From assembly GCF_009914755.1 (NCBI RefSeq), contig NC_060925.1: a stretch of 64,000 nt of DNA; one strand, written 5' to 3'. The stretch comes from the human T2T-CHM13v2.0 reference genome, Homo sapiens. Below are positions 13,232 to 28,783 of the stretch, one piece after another (the first letter of the stretch is position 1; every line of letters begins with the position of its first letter). The notes under the pieces were generated by a model. That model was not told the DNA's origin, did no database searches, and worked only from the letters and a program-made list of their open reading frames with translations. Made by a program: the position numbers and the translations under genes.

Positions 13232-16200
13232 ATGGAATCGTCATCGAATGAATTGAATGCAATCATCGAATGGTCTCGAATGGAATCATCTTCTAATGGA
13301 AAGGAATGGAATCATCGCATAGAATCGAATGGAATTATCATCGAATGGAATCGAATGGTATCAACACCAAACGGAAAAAAACGGAATTATCGAATGGAAT
13401 CGAAGAGAATCTTCGAACGGACCCGAATGGAATCATCTAATGGAATGGAATGGAATAATCCATGGACTCGAATGCAATCATCATCGAATGGAATCGAATG
13501 GAATCATCGAATGGACTCGAATGGAATAATCATTGAACGGAATCGAATGGAATCATCATCGGATGGAAACGAATGGAATCATCATCGAATGGAAATGAAA
13601 GGAGTCATCATCTAATGGAATTGCATGGAATCATCATAAAATGGAATCGAATGGAATCAACATCAAATGGAATCAAATGGAATCATTGAACGGAATTGAA
13701 TGGAATCGTCATCGAATGAATTGACTGCAATCATCGAATGGTCTCGAATGGAATCATCTTCAAATGGAATGGAATGGAATCATCGCATAGAATCGAATGG
13801 AATTATCATCGAATGGAATCGAATGGAATCAACATCAAACGGAAAAAAACGGAATTATCGAATGGAATCGAAGAGAATCATCGAATGGACCCGAATGGAA
13901 TCATCTAATGGAATGGAATGGAATAATCCATGGACTCGAATGCAATCATCATCGAATGGAATCGAATGGAATCATCGAATGGACTCGAATGGAATAATCA
14001 TTGAACGGAAACGAATGGAATCATCATCGGATGGAAATGAATGGAATCATCATCGAATGGAATCGAATAGAATTATGGAATGAAATCCAGTGTGATCATC
14101 ATCGAATGGACCCGAATGGAATCATCATCCAACGGAAGCTAATGGAATCAACATCGAATGAATCGAATGGAAACACCATCGAATTGAAACGAATGGAATT
14201 ATCATGAAATTGAAATGGATGGACTCATCATCGAATGGATTCGAATGGAATCATCGAATAAAATTGATTGAAATCATCATCGAATGGAATCGAATGGTAT
14301 CATTGAATGGAATCGAATGGAATCATCATCAGATGGAAATGAATGGAATCGTCATAGAATGGAATCGAATGGATTCATTGAATGGAATCAGATGGAATCA
14401 TCGAATGGACTGGAATGGAATCATTGAATGGACTCGAAAGGGATCATGATTGAATGGAATTGAATGGAATCATCGAATGGTCTCGATTGGAATCATTATC
14501 AAATGGAATCGAATGGAATCACCGAATAGAATCGAATGGAACAATCATCGAATGGACTCAAATGGAATTATCCTCAAATGGAATCGAATGGAATTATCGA
14601 ATGCAATCGAATGGAATTATCGAATGCAATCGAATAGAATCATCGAATGGACTCGAATGGAATCATCGAATGGAATGGAATGGAACAGTCAATGAACACG
14701 AATGGAATCATCATTGAATGGAATCGAATGGAATCATCGAGTGGAATCGAATGGAATTATGATCAAATGGAATCAAATGTAATCATCATCAAATGGAATC
14801 AAAAATAACCATCATCAATTGGTATTGAATGGAATTGTCATCAAATGGAATTCAAAGGAATCATCATCAAATGGAACCGAATGGAATCCTCATTGAATGG
14901 AAATGAAAGGGGTCATCATCTAATGGAATCGCATGGAATCATCATCAAATGGAATCGAATGGAATCATCATCAAATGGAATCTAATGGAATCATTGAACA
15001 GAATTGAATGGAATCGTCATCGAATGAATTGAATGCAATCATCGAATGGTCTCGAATGGAATCATCTTCTAATGGAAAGGAATGGAATCATCGCATAGAA
15101 TCGAATGGAATTATCATCGAATGGAATCGAATGGTATCAACACCAAACGGAAAAAAACGGAATTATCGAATGGAATCGAAGAGAATCTTCGAACGGACCC
15201 GAATGGAATCATCTAATGGAATGGAATGGAATAATCCATGGACTCGAATGCAATCATCATCGAATGGAATCGAATGGAATCATCGAATGGACTCGAATGG
15301 AATAATCATTGAACGGAATCGAATGGAATCATCATCGGATGGAAACGAATGGAATCATCATCGAATGGAAATGAAAGGAGTCATCATCTAATGGAATTGC
15401 ATGGAATCATCATAAAATGGAATCGAATGGAATCAACATCAAATGGAATCAAATGGAATCATTGAACGGAATTGAATGGAATCGTCATCGAATGAATTGA
15501 CTGCAATCATCGAATGGTCTCGAATGGAATCAACTTCAAATGGAATGGAATGGAATCATCGAATAGAGTCGAATGGAATTATCATCGAATGGAATCATCA
15601 TCAAACGGAAAAAAACGGAATTATCGAATGGAATCGAAGAGAATCATCGAATGGACCCGAACGGAATCATCTAATGGAATGGAATGGAATAATCCATGGA
15701 CACGAATGCAATCATCATCGAATGGAATCGAATGGAATCATCGAATGGACTCGAATGGAATAATCATTGAACGGAATCGAATGGAATCATCATCGGATGG
15801 AAATGAATGGAATCATCATCGAATGGAATCGAATAGAATTATGGAATGAAATCCAGTGTGATCATCATCGAATGGACCCGAATGGAATCATCATCCAACG
15901 GAAGCTAATGGAATCAACATCGAATGAATCAAATGGAAACACCATCGAATTGAAACGAATGGAATTATCATGAAATTGAAATGGATGGACTCATCATCGA
16001 ATGGATTCGAATGGAATCATCGAATAAAATTGATTGAAATCATCATCGAATGGAATCGAATGGTATCATTGAATGGAATCGAATGGAATCATCATCAGAT
16101 GGAAATGAATGGAATCGTCATAGAATGGAATCGAATGGATTCTTTGAATGGAATCAGATGGAATCATCGAATGGACTGGAATGGAATCATTGAATGGACT

Positions 16201-18549
16201 CGAAAGGGATCATGATTGAATGGAATTGAATGGAATCATCGAATGGTCTCGATTGGAATCATTATCAAATGGAATCGAATGGAATCACCGAATAGAATCG
16301 AATGGAACAATCATCGAATGGACTCAAATGGAATTATCCTCCAATGGAATCGAATGGAATTATCGAATGCAATCGAATGGAATTATCGAATGCAATCGAA
16401 TAGAATCATCGAATGGACTCGAATGGAATCATCGAATGGAATGGAATGGAACAGTCAATGAACTCGAATGGAATCATCATTGAATGGAATCGAATGGAAT
16501 CATCGAGTGGAATCGAATGGAATTATGATCAAATGGAATCGAATGTAATCATCATCAAATGGAATCAAAAATAACCATCATCAATTGGTATTGAATGGAA
16601 TTGTCATCAAATGGAATTCAAAGGAATCATCATCAAATGGAACCGAATGGAATCCTCATTGAATGGAAATGAAAGGGGTCATCATCTAATGGATTCGCAT
16701 GGAATCATCATCTAATGGAATCGAATGGAATCATCATCAAATGGAATCTAATGGAATCATTGAACAGAATTGAATGGAATCGTCATCGAATGAATTGAAT
16801 GCAATAATCGAATTGTCTCGAATGGAATCATCTTCTAATGGAAAGGAATGGAATCATCGCATAGAATCGAATGGAATTATCATCGAATGGAATCGAATGG
16901 TATCAACACCAAACGGAAAAAAACGGAATTATCGAATGGAATCGAAGAGAATCTTCGAACGGACCCGAATGGAATCATCTAATGGAATGGAATGGAATAA
17001 TCCATGGACTCGAATGCAATCATCATCGAATGGAATCGAATGGAATCATCGAATGGACTCGAATGGAATAATCATTGAACGGAATCGAATGGAATCATCA
17101 TCGGATGGAAACGAATGGAATCATCATCGAATGGAAATGAAAGGAGTCATCATCTAATGGAATTGCATGGAATCATCATAAAATGGAATCGAATGGAATC
17201 AACATCAAATGGAATCAAATGGAATCATTGAACGGAATTGAATGGAATCGTCATCGAATGAATTGACTGCAATCATCGAATGGTCTCGAATGGAATCATC
17301 TTCAAATGGAATGGAATGGAATCATCCCATAGAATCGAATGGAATTATCATCGAATGGAATCGAATGGAATCAACATCCAACGGAAAAAAACGGAATTAT
17401 CGAATGGAATCGAAGAGAATCATCGAATGGACCCGAATGGAATCATCTAATGGAATGGAATGGAATAATCCATGGACTCGAATGCAATCATCATCGAATG
17501 GAATCGAATGGAATCATCGAATGGACTCGAATGGAATAATCATTGAACGGAATCGAATGGAATCATCATCGGATGGAAATGAATGGAATCATCATCGAAT
17601 GGAATCGAATAGAATTATGGAATGAAATCCAGTGTGATCATCATCGAATGGACCCGAATGGAATCATCATCCAACGGAAGCTAATGGAATCAACATCGAA
17701 TGAATCGAATGGAAACACCATCGAATTGAAACGAATGGAATTATCATGAAATTGAAATGGATGGACTCATCATCGAATGGATTCGAATGGAATCATCGAA
17801 TAAAATTGATTGAAATCATCATCGAATGGAATCGAATGGTATCATTGAATGGAATCGAATGGAATCATCATCAGATGGAAATGAATGGAATCGTCATAGA
17901 ATGGAATCGAATGGATTCATTGAATGGAATCAGATGGAATCATCGAATGGACTGGAATGGAATCATTGAATGGACTCGAAAGGGATCATTATTGAATGCA
18001 ATTGAATGGAATCATCGAATGGTCTCGATTGGAATCATTATCAAATGGAATCGAATGGAATCACCGAATAGAATCGAATGGAACAATCATCGAATGGACT
18101 CAAATGGAATTATCCTCAAATGGAATCGAATGGAATTATCGAATGCAATCGAATGGAATTATCGAATGCAATCGAATAGAATCATCGAATGGACTCGAAT
18201 GGAATCATCGAATGGAATGGAATGGAACAGTCAATGAACACGAATGGAATCATCATTGAATGGAATCGAATGGAATCATCGAGTGGAATCGAATGGAATT
18301 ATGATCAAATGGAATCGAATGTAATCATCATCAAATGGAATCAAAAATAACCATCATCAATTGGTATTGAATGGAATTGTCATCAAATGGAATTCAAAGG
18401 AATCATCATCAAATGGAACCGAATGGAATCCTCATTGAATGGAAATGAAAGGGGTCATCATCTAATGGAATCGCATGGAATCATCATCAAATGGAATCGA
18501 ATGGAATCATCATCAAATGGAATCTAATGGAATCATTGAACAGAATTGA

Positions 18550-19585
18550 ATGGAATGGTCATTGAATGAATTGAATGCAATCATCGAATGGTCTCGAATG
18601 GAATCATCTTCTAATGGAAAGGAATGGAATCATCGCATAGAATCGAATGGAATTATCATCGAATGGAATCGAATGGTATCAACACCAAACGGAAAAAAAC
18701 GGAATTATCGAATGGAATCGAAGAGAATCTTCGAACGGACCCGAATGGAATCATCTAATGGAATAGAATGGAATAATCCATGGACTCGAATGCAATCATC
18801 ATCGAATGGACTCGAATGGAATAATCATTGAACGGAATCGAATGGAATCGTCATCGGATGGAAACGAATGGAATCATCATCGAATGGAAATGAAAGGAGT
18901 CATCATCTAATGGAATTGCATGGAATCATCATAAAATGGAATCGAATGGAATCAACATCAAATGGAATCAAATGGAATCATTGAACGGAATTGAATGGAA
19001 TCGTCATCGAATGAATTGACTGCAATCATCGAATGGTCTCGGAATCATCTTCAAATGGAATGGAATGGAATCATCGCATAGAATCGAATGGAATTATCAT
19101 CGAATGGAATCGAATGGAATCAACATCAAACGGAAAAAAACGGAATTATCGAATGGAATCGAAGAGAATCATCGAATGGACCCGAATGGAATCATCTAAT
19201 GGAATGGAATGGAATAATCCATGGACTCGAATGCAATCATCATCGAATGGAATCGAATGGAATCATCGAATGAACTCGAATGGAATCATCATTGAATGGA
19301 ATCGAATGGAATCATCGAGTGGAATCGAATGGAATTATGATCAAATGGAATCGAATGTAATCATCATCAAATGGAATCAAAAATAACCATCATCAATTGG
19401 TATTGAATGGAATTGTCATCAAATGGAATTCAAAGGAATCATCATCAAATGGAACCGAATGGAATCCTCATTGAATGGAAATGAAAGGGGTCATCATCTA
19501 ATGGAATCGCATGGAATCATCATCAAATGGAATCGAATGGAATCATCATCAAATGGAATCTAATGGAATCATTGAACAGAATTGA
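18550..19585 (+). repeat. Short unit, 1036 bp (713 + 4 + 23-bp deletions)
   Basis: 23-bp loss near 18805, 4-bp loss near 19040, junction at ~19269-19272. Confidence 0.9.
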
Positions 19586-21361
19586 ATGGAATCGTCATCG
19601 AATGAATTGAATGCAATCATCGAATGGTCTCGAATGGAATCATCTTCTAATGGAAAGGAATGGAATCATCGCATAGAATCGAATGGAATTATCATCGAAT
19701 GGAATCGAATGGTATCAACACCAAACGGAAAAAAACGGAATTATCGAATGGAATCGAAGAGAATCTTCGAACGGACCCGAATGGAATCATCTAATGGAAT
19801 GGAATGGAATAATCCATGGATTCGAATGCAATCATCATCGAATGGAATCGAATGGAATCATCGAATGGACTCGAATGGAATAATCATTGAACGGAATCGA
19901 ATGGAATCATCATCGGATGGAAACGAATGGAATCATCATCGAATGGAAATGAAAGGAGTCATCATCTAATGGAATTGCATGGAATCATCATAAAATGGAA
20001 TCGAATGGAATCAACATCAAATGGAATCAAATGGAATCATTGAACGGAATTGAATGGAATCGTCATCGAATGAATTGACTGCAATCATCGAATGGTCTCG
20101 AATGGAATCATCTTCAAATGGAATGGAATGGAATCATCGCATAGAATCGAATGGAATTATCATCGAATGGAATCGAATGGAATCAACATCAAACGGAAAA
20201 AAACGGAATTATCGAATGGAATCGAAGAGAATCATCGAATGGACCCGAATGGAATCATCTAATGGAATGGAATGGAATAATCCATGGACTCGAATGCAAT
20301 CATCATCGAATGGAATCGAATGGAATCATCGAATGGACTCGAATGGAATAATCATTGAACGGAAACGAATGGAATCATCATCGGATGGAAATGAATGGAA
20401 TCATCATCGAATGGAATCGAATAGAATTATGGAATGAAATCCAGTGTGATCATCATCGAATGGACCCGAATGGAATCATCATCCAACGGAAGCTAATGGA
20501 ATCAACATCGAATGAATCGAATGGAAACACCATCGAATTGAAACGAATGGAATTATCATGAAATTGAAATGGATGGACTCATCATCGAATGGATTCGAAT
20601 GGAATCATCGAATAAAATTGATTGAAATCATCATCGAATGGAATCGAATGGTATCATTGAATGGAATCGAATGGAATCATCATCAGATGGAAATGAATGG
20701 AATCGTCATAGAATGGAATCGAATGGATTCATTGAATGGAATCAGATGGAATCATCGAATGGACTGGAATGGAATCATTGAATGGACTCGAAAGGGATCA
20801 TGATTGAATGGAATTGAATGGAATCATCGAATGGTCTCGATTGGAATCATTATCAAATGGAATCGAATGGAATCACCGAATAGAATCGAATGGAACAATC
20901 ATCGAATGGACTCAAATGGAATTATCCTCAAATGGAATCGAATGGAATTATCGAATGCAATCGAATGGAATTATCGAATGCAATCGAATAGAATCATCGA
21001 ATGGACTCGAATGGAATCATCGAATGGAATGGAATGGAACAGTCAATGAACACGAATGGAATCATCATTGAATGGAATCGAATGGAATCATCGAGTGGAA
21101 TCGAATGGAATTATGATCAAATGGAATCGAATGTAATCATCATCAAATGGAATCAAAAATAACCATCATCAATTGGTATTGAATGGAATTGTCATCAAAT
21201 GGAATTCAAAGGAATCATCATCAAATGGAACCGAATGGAATCCTCATTGAATGGAAATGAAAGGGGTCATCATCTAATGGAATCGCATGGAATCATCATC
21301 AAATGGAATCGAATGGAATCATCATCAAATGGAATCTAATGGAATCATTGAACAGAATTGA

Positions 21362-22420
21362 ATGGAATGGTCATTGAATGAATTGAATGCAATCATCGAA
21401 TGGTCTCGAATGGAATCATCTTCTAATGGAAAGGAATGGAATCATCGCATAGAATCGAATGGAATTATCATCGAATGGAATCGAATGGTATCAACACCAA
21501 ACGGAAAAAAACGGAATTATCGAATGGAATCGAAGAGAATCTTCGAACGGACCCGAATGGAATCATCTAATGGAATAGAATGGAATAATCCATGGACTCG
21601 AATGCAATCATCATCGAATGGAATCGAATGGAATCATCGAATGGACTCGAATGGAATAATCATTGAACAGAATCGAATGGAATCATCATCAGATGGAAAC
21701 GAATGGAATCATCATCGAATGGAAATGAAAGGTGTCATCATCTAATGGAATTGCATGGAATCATCATAAAATGGAATCGAATGGAATCAACATCAAATGG
21801 AATCAAATGGAATCATTGAACGGAATTGAATGGAATCGTCATCGAATGAATTGACTGCAATCATCGAATGGTCTCGGAATCATCTTCAAATGGAATGGAA
21901 TGGAATCATCGCATAGAATCGAATGGAATTATCATCGAATGGAATCGAATGGAATCAACATCAAACGGAAAAAAACGGAATTATCGAATGGAATCGAAGA
22001 GAATCATCGAATGGACCCGAATGGAATCATCTAATGGAATGGAATGGAATAATCCATGGACTCGAATGCAATCATCATCGAATGGAATCGAATGGAATCA
22101 TCGAATGAACTCGAATGGAATCATCATTGAATGGAATCGAATGGAATCATCGAGTGGAATCGAATGGAATTATGATCAAATGGAATCGAATGTAATCATC
22201 ATCAAATGGAATCAAAAATAACCATCATCAATTGGTATTGAATGGAATTGTCATCAAATGGAATTCAAAGGAATCATCATCAAATGGAACCGAATGGAAT
22301 CCTCATTGAATGGAAATGAAAGGGGTCATCATCTAATGGAATCGCATGGAATCATCATCAAATGGAATCGAATGGAATCATCATCAAATGGAATCTAATG
22401 GAATCATTGAACAGAATTGA
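21362..22420 (+). repeat. Short unit, 1059 bp
   Basis: Anchor spacing 1059; junction at ~22104-22107. Confidence 0.92.
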
Positions 22421-25400
22421 ATGGAATCGTCATCGAATGAATTGAATGCAATCATCGAATGGTCTCGAATGGAATCATCTTCTAATGGAAAGGAATGGAA
22501 TCATCGCATAGAATCGAATGGAATTATCATCGAATGGAATCGAATGGTATCAACACCAAACGGAAAAAAACGGAATTATCGAATGGAATCGAAGAGAATC
22601 TTCGAACGGACCCGAATGGAATCATCTAATGGAATGGAATGGAATAATCCATGGACTCGAATGCAATCATCATCGAATGGAATGGAATGGAATCATCGAA
22701 TGGACTCGAATGGAATAATCATTGAACGGAATCGAATGGAATCATCATCGGATGGAAACGAATGGAATCATCATCGAATGGAAATGAAAGGAGTCATCAT
22801 CTAATGGAATTGCATGGAATCATCATAAAATGGAATCGAATGGAATCAACATCAAATGGAATCAAACGGAATCATTGAACGGAATTGAATGGAATCGTCA
22901 TCGAATGAATTGACTGCAATCATCGAATGGTCTCGAATGGAATCAACTTCAAATGGAATGGAATGGAATCATCGAATAGAATCGAATGGAATTATCATCG
23001 AATGGAATCAACATCAAACGGAAAAAAACGGAATTATCGAATGGAATCGAAGAGAATCATCGAAGGGACCCGAACGGAATCATCTAATGGAATGGAATGG
23101 AATAATCCATGGACTCGAATGCAATCATCATCGAATGGAATCGAATGGAATCATCGAATGGACTCGAATGGAATAATCATTGAACGGAAACGAATGGAAT
23201 CATCATCGGATGGAAATGAATGGAATCATCATCGAATGGAATCGAATAGAATTATGGAATGAAATCCAGTGTGATCATCATCGAATGGACCCGAATGGAA
23301 TCATCATCCAACGGAAGCTAATGGAATCAACATCGAATGAATCGAATGGAAACACCATCGAATTGAAACGAATGGAATTATCATGAAATTGAAATGGATG
23401 GACTCATCATCGAATGGATTCGAATGGAATCATCGAATAAAATTGATTGAAATCATCATCGAATGGAATCGAATGGTATCATTGATTGGAATCGAATGGA
23501 ATCATCATCAGATGGAAATGAATGGAATCGTCATAGAATGTAATCGAATGGATTCATTGAATGGAATCAGATGGAATCATCGAATGGACTGGAATGGAAT
23601 CATTGAATGGACTCGAAAGGGATCATGATTGAATGGAATTGAATGGAATCATCGAATGGTCTCGATTGGAATCATTATCAAATGGAATCGAATGGAATCA
23701 CCGAATAGAATCGAATGGAACAATCATCGAATGGACTCAAATGGAATTATCCTCAAATGGAATCGAATGGAATTATCGAATGCAATCGAATGGAATTATC
23801 GAATGCAATCGAATAGAATCATCGAATGGACTCGAATGGAATCATCGAATGGAATGGAATGGAACAGTCAATGAACTCGAATGGAATCATCATTGAATGG
23901 AATCGAATGGAATCATCGAGTGGAATCGAATGGAATTATGATCAAATGGAATCGAATGTAATCATCATCAAATGGAATCAAAAATAACCATCATCAATTG
24001 GTATTGAATGGAATTGTCATCAAATGGAATTCAAAGGAATCATCATCAAATGGAACCGAATGGAATCCTCATTGAATGGAAATGAAAGGGGTCATCATCT
24101 AATGGAATCGCATGGAATCATCATCAAATGGAATCGAATGGAATCATCATCAAATGGAATCTAATGGAATCATTGAACAGAATTGAATGGAATGGTCATC
24201 GAATGAATTGAATGCAATCATCGAATGGTCTCGAATGGAATCATCTTCTAATGGAAAGGAATGGAATCATCGCATAGAATCGAATGGAATTATCATCGAA
24301 TGGAATCGAATGGTATCAACACCAAACGGAAAAAAACGGAATTATCGAATGGAATCGAAGAGAATCTTCGAACGGACCCGAATGGAATCATCTAATGGAA
24401 TGGAATGGAACAATCCATGGACTCGAATGCAATCATCATCGAATGGAATCGAATGGAATCATCGAATGGACTCGAATGGAATAATCATTGAACGGAATCG
24501 AATGGAATCATCATCGGATGGAAACGAATGGAATCATCATCGAATGGAAATGAAAGGAGTCATCATCTAATGGAATTGCATGGAATCATCATAAAATGGA
24601 ATCGAATGGAATCAACATCAAATGGAATCAAATGGAATCATTGAACGGAATTGAATGGAATCGTCATCGAATGAATAGACTGCAATCATCGAATGGTCTC
24701 GGAATCATCTTCAAATGGAATGGAATGGAATCATCGCATAGAATCGAATGGAATTATCATCGAATGGAATCGAATGGAATCAACATCAAACGGAAAAAAA
24801 CGGAATTATCGAATGGAATCGAAGAGAATCATCGAATGGACCCGAATGGAATCATCTAATGGAATGGAATGGAATAATCCATGGACTCGAATGCAATCAT
24901 CATCGAATGGAATCGAATGGAATCATCGAATGGACTCGAATGGAATAATCATTGAACGGAATCGAATGGAATCATCATCGGATGGAAATGAATGGAATCA
25001 TCATCGAATGGAATCGAATAGAATTATGGAATGAAATCCAGTGTGATCATCATCGAATGGACCCGAATGGAATCATCATCCAACGGAAGCTAATGGAATC
25101 AACATCGAATGAATCGAATGGAAACACCATCGAATTGAAACGAATGGAATTATCATGAAATTGAAATGGATGGACTCATCATCGAATGGATTCGAATGGA
25201 ATCATCGAATAAAATTGATTGAAATCATCACCGAATGGAATCGAATGGTATCATTGAATGGAATCGAATGGAATCATCATCAGATGGAAATGAATGGAAT
25301 CGTCATAGAATGGAATCGAATGGATTCATTGAATGGAATCAGATGGAATCATCGAATGGACTGGAATGGAATCATTGAATGGACTCGAAAGGGATCATGA

Positions 25401-25958
25401 TTGAATGGAATTGAATGGAATCATCGAATGGTCTCGATTGGAATCATTATCAAATGGAATTGAATGGAATCACCGAATAGAATCGAATGGAACAATCATC
25501 GAATGGACTCAAATGGAATTATCCTCAAATGGAATCGAATGGAATTATCGAATGCAATCGAATGGAATTATCGAATGCAATCGAATAGAATCATCGAATG
25601 GACTCGAATGGAATCATCGAATGGAATGGAATGGAACAGTCAATGAACACGAATGGAATCATCATTGAATGGAATCGAATGGAATCATCGAGTGGAATCG
25701 AATGGAATTATGATCAAATGGAATCGAATGTAATCATCATCAAATGGAATCAAAAATAACCATCATCAATTGGTATTGAATGGAATTGTCATCAAATGGA
25801 ATTCAAAGGAATCATCATCAAATGGAACCGAATGGAATCCTCATTGAATGGAAATGAAAGGGGTCATCATCTAATGGAATCGCATGGAATCATCATCAAA
25901 TGGAATCGAATGGAATCATCATCAAATGGAATCTAATGGAATCATTGAACAGAATTGA

Positions 25959-27017
25959 ATGGAATGGTCATTGAATGAATTGAATGCAATCATCGAATGG
26001 TCTCGAATGGAATCATCTTCTAATGGAAAGGAATGGAATCATCGCATAGAATCGAATGGAATTATCATCGAATGGAATCGAATGGTATCAACACCAAACG
26101 GAAAAAAACGGAATTATCGAATGGAATCGAAGAGAATCTTCGAACGGACCCGAATGGAATCATCTAATGGAATAGAATGGAATAATCCATGGACTCGAAT
26201 GCAATCATCATCGAATGGAATCGAATGGAATCATCGAATGGACTCGAATGGAATAATCATTGAACAGAATCGAATGGAATCATCATCAGATGGAAACGAA
26301 TGGAATCATCATCGAATGGAAATGAAAGGAGTCATCATCTAATGGAATTGCATGGAATCATCATAAAATGGAATCGAATGGAATCAACATCAAATGGAAT
26401 CAAATGGAATCATTGAACGGAATTGAATGGAATCGTCATCGAATGAATTGACTGCAATCATTGAATGGTCTCGGAATCATCTTCAAATGGAATGGAATGG
26501 AATCATCGCATAGAATCGAATGGAATTATCATCAAATGGAATCGAATGGAATCAACATCAAACGGAAAAAAACGGAATTATCGAATGGAATCGAAGAGAA
26601 TCATCGAATGGACCCGAATGGAATCATCTAATGGAATGGAATGGAATAATCCATGGACTCGAATGCAATCATCATCGAATGGAATTGAATGGAATCATCG
26701 AATGAACTCGAATGGAATCATCATTGAATGGAATCGAATGGAATCATCGAGTGGAATCGAATGGAATTATGATCAAATGGAATCGAATGTAATCATCATC
26801 AAATGGAATCAAAAATAACCATCATCAATTGGTATTGAATGGAATTGTCATCAAATGGAATTCAAAGGAATCATCATCAAATGGAACCGAATGGAATCCT
26901 CATTGAATGGAAATGAAAGGGGTCATCATCTAATGGAATCGCATGGAATCATCATCAAATGGAATCGAATGGAATCATCATCAAATGGAATCTAATGGAA
27001 TCATTGAACAGAATTGA
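25959..27017 (+). repeat. Short unit, 1059 bp
   Basis: Anchor spacing 1059; junction at ~26701-26704. Confidence 0.92.
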
Positions 27018-28783
27018 ATGGAATCGTCATCGAATGAATTGAATGCAATCATCGAATGGTCTCGAATGGAATCATCTTCTAATGGAAAGGAATGGAATCA
27101 TCGCATAGAATCGAATGGAATTATCATCGAATGGAATCGAATGGTATCAACACCAAACGGAAAAAAACGGAATTATCGAATGGAATCGAAGAGAATCTTC
27201 GAACGGACCCGAATGGAATCATCTAATGGAATGGAATGGAATAATCCATGGACTCGAATGCAATCATCATCGAATGGAATCGAATGGAATCATCGAATGG
27301 ACTCGAATGGAATAATCATTGAACGGAATCGAATGGAATCATCATCGGATGGAAACGAATGGAATCATCATCGAATGGAAATGAAAGGAGTCATCATCTA
27401 ATGGAATTGCATGGAATCATCATAAAATGGAATCGAATGGAATCAACATCAAATGGAATCAAATGGAATCATTGAACGGAATTGAATGGAATCGTCATCG
27501 AATGAATTGACTGCAATCATCGAATGGTCTCGAATGGAATCATCTTCAAATGGAATGGAATGGAATCATCGAATAGAATCGAATGGAATTATCATCGAAT
27601 GGAATCAACATCAAACGGAAAAAAACGGAATTATCGAATGGAATCGAAGAGAATCATCGAAGGGACCCGAACGGAATCATCTAATGGAATGGAATGGAAT
27701 AATCCATGGACTCGAATGCAATCATCATCGAATGGAATCGAATGGAATCATCGAATGGACTCGAATGGAATAATCATTGAACGGAAACGAATGGAATCAT
27801 CATCGGATGGAAATGAATGGAATCATCATCGAATGGAATCGAATAGAATTATGGAATGAAATCCAGTGTGATCATCATCGAATGGACCCGAATGGAATCA
27901 TCATCCAACGGAAGCTAATGGAATCAACATCGAATGAATCGAATGGAAACACCATCGAATTGAAACGAATGGAATTATCATGAAATTGAAATGGATGGAC
28001 TCATCATCGAATGGATTCGAATGGAATCATCGAATAAAATTGATTGAAATCATCATCGAATGGAATCGAATGGTATCATTGATTGGAATCGAATGGAATC
28101 ATCATCAGATGGAAATGAATGGAATCGTCATAGAATGGAATCGAATGGATTCATTGAATGGAATCAGATGGAATCATCGAATGGACTGGAATGGAATCAT
28201 TGAATGGACTCGAAAGGGATCATGATTGAATGGAATTGAATGGAATCATCGAATGGTCTCGATTGGAATCATTATCAAATGGAATCGAATGGAATCACCG
28301 AATAGAATCGAATGGAACAATCATCGAATGGACTCAAATGGAATTATCCTCCAATGGAATCGAATGGAATTATCGAATGCAATCGAATGGAATTATCGAA
28401 TGCAATCGAATAGAATCATCGAATGGACTCGAATGGAATCATCGAATGGAATGGAATGGAACAGTCAATGAACTCGAATGGAATCATCATTGAATGGAAT
28501 CGAATGGAATCATCGAGTGGAATCGAATGGAATTATGATCAAATGGAATCGAATGTAATCATCATGAAATGGAATCAAAAATAACCATCATCAATTGGTA
28601 TTGAATGGAATTGTCATCAAATGGAATTCAAAGGAATCATCATCAAATGGAACCGAATGGAATCCTCATTGAATGGAAATGAAAGGGGTCATCATCTAAT
28701 GGAATCGCATGGAATCATCATCAAATGGAATCGAATGGAATCATCATCAAATGGAATCTAATGGAATCATTGAACAGAATTGA

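Larger units (their letters stand above)
8631..21361 (+). repeat. Two copies of a four-unit ~6377-bp super-repeat (1766+1776+1059+1776)
   Basis: Anchors 8631/15008, 10397/16774 and 12173/18550 are all 6377 apart. Shared rare variants: GGATTCGC (10317/16694) and ATTATTGAATGCAATT (~11611/17988). Confidence 0.85.
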
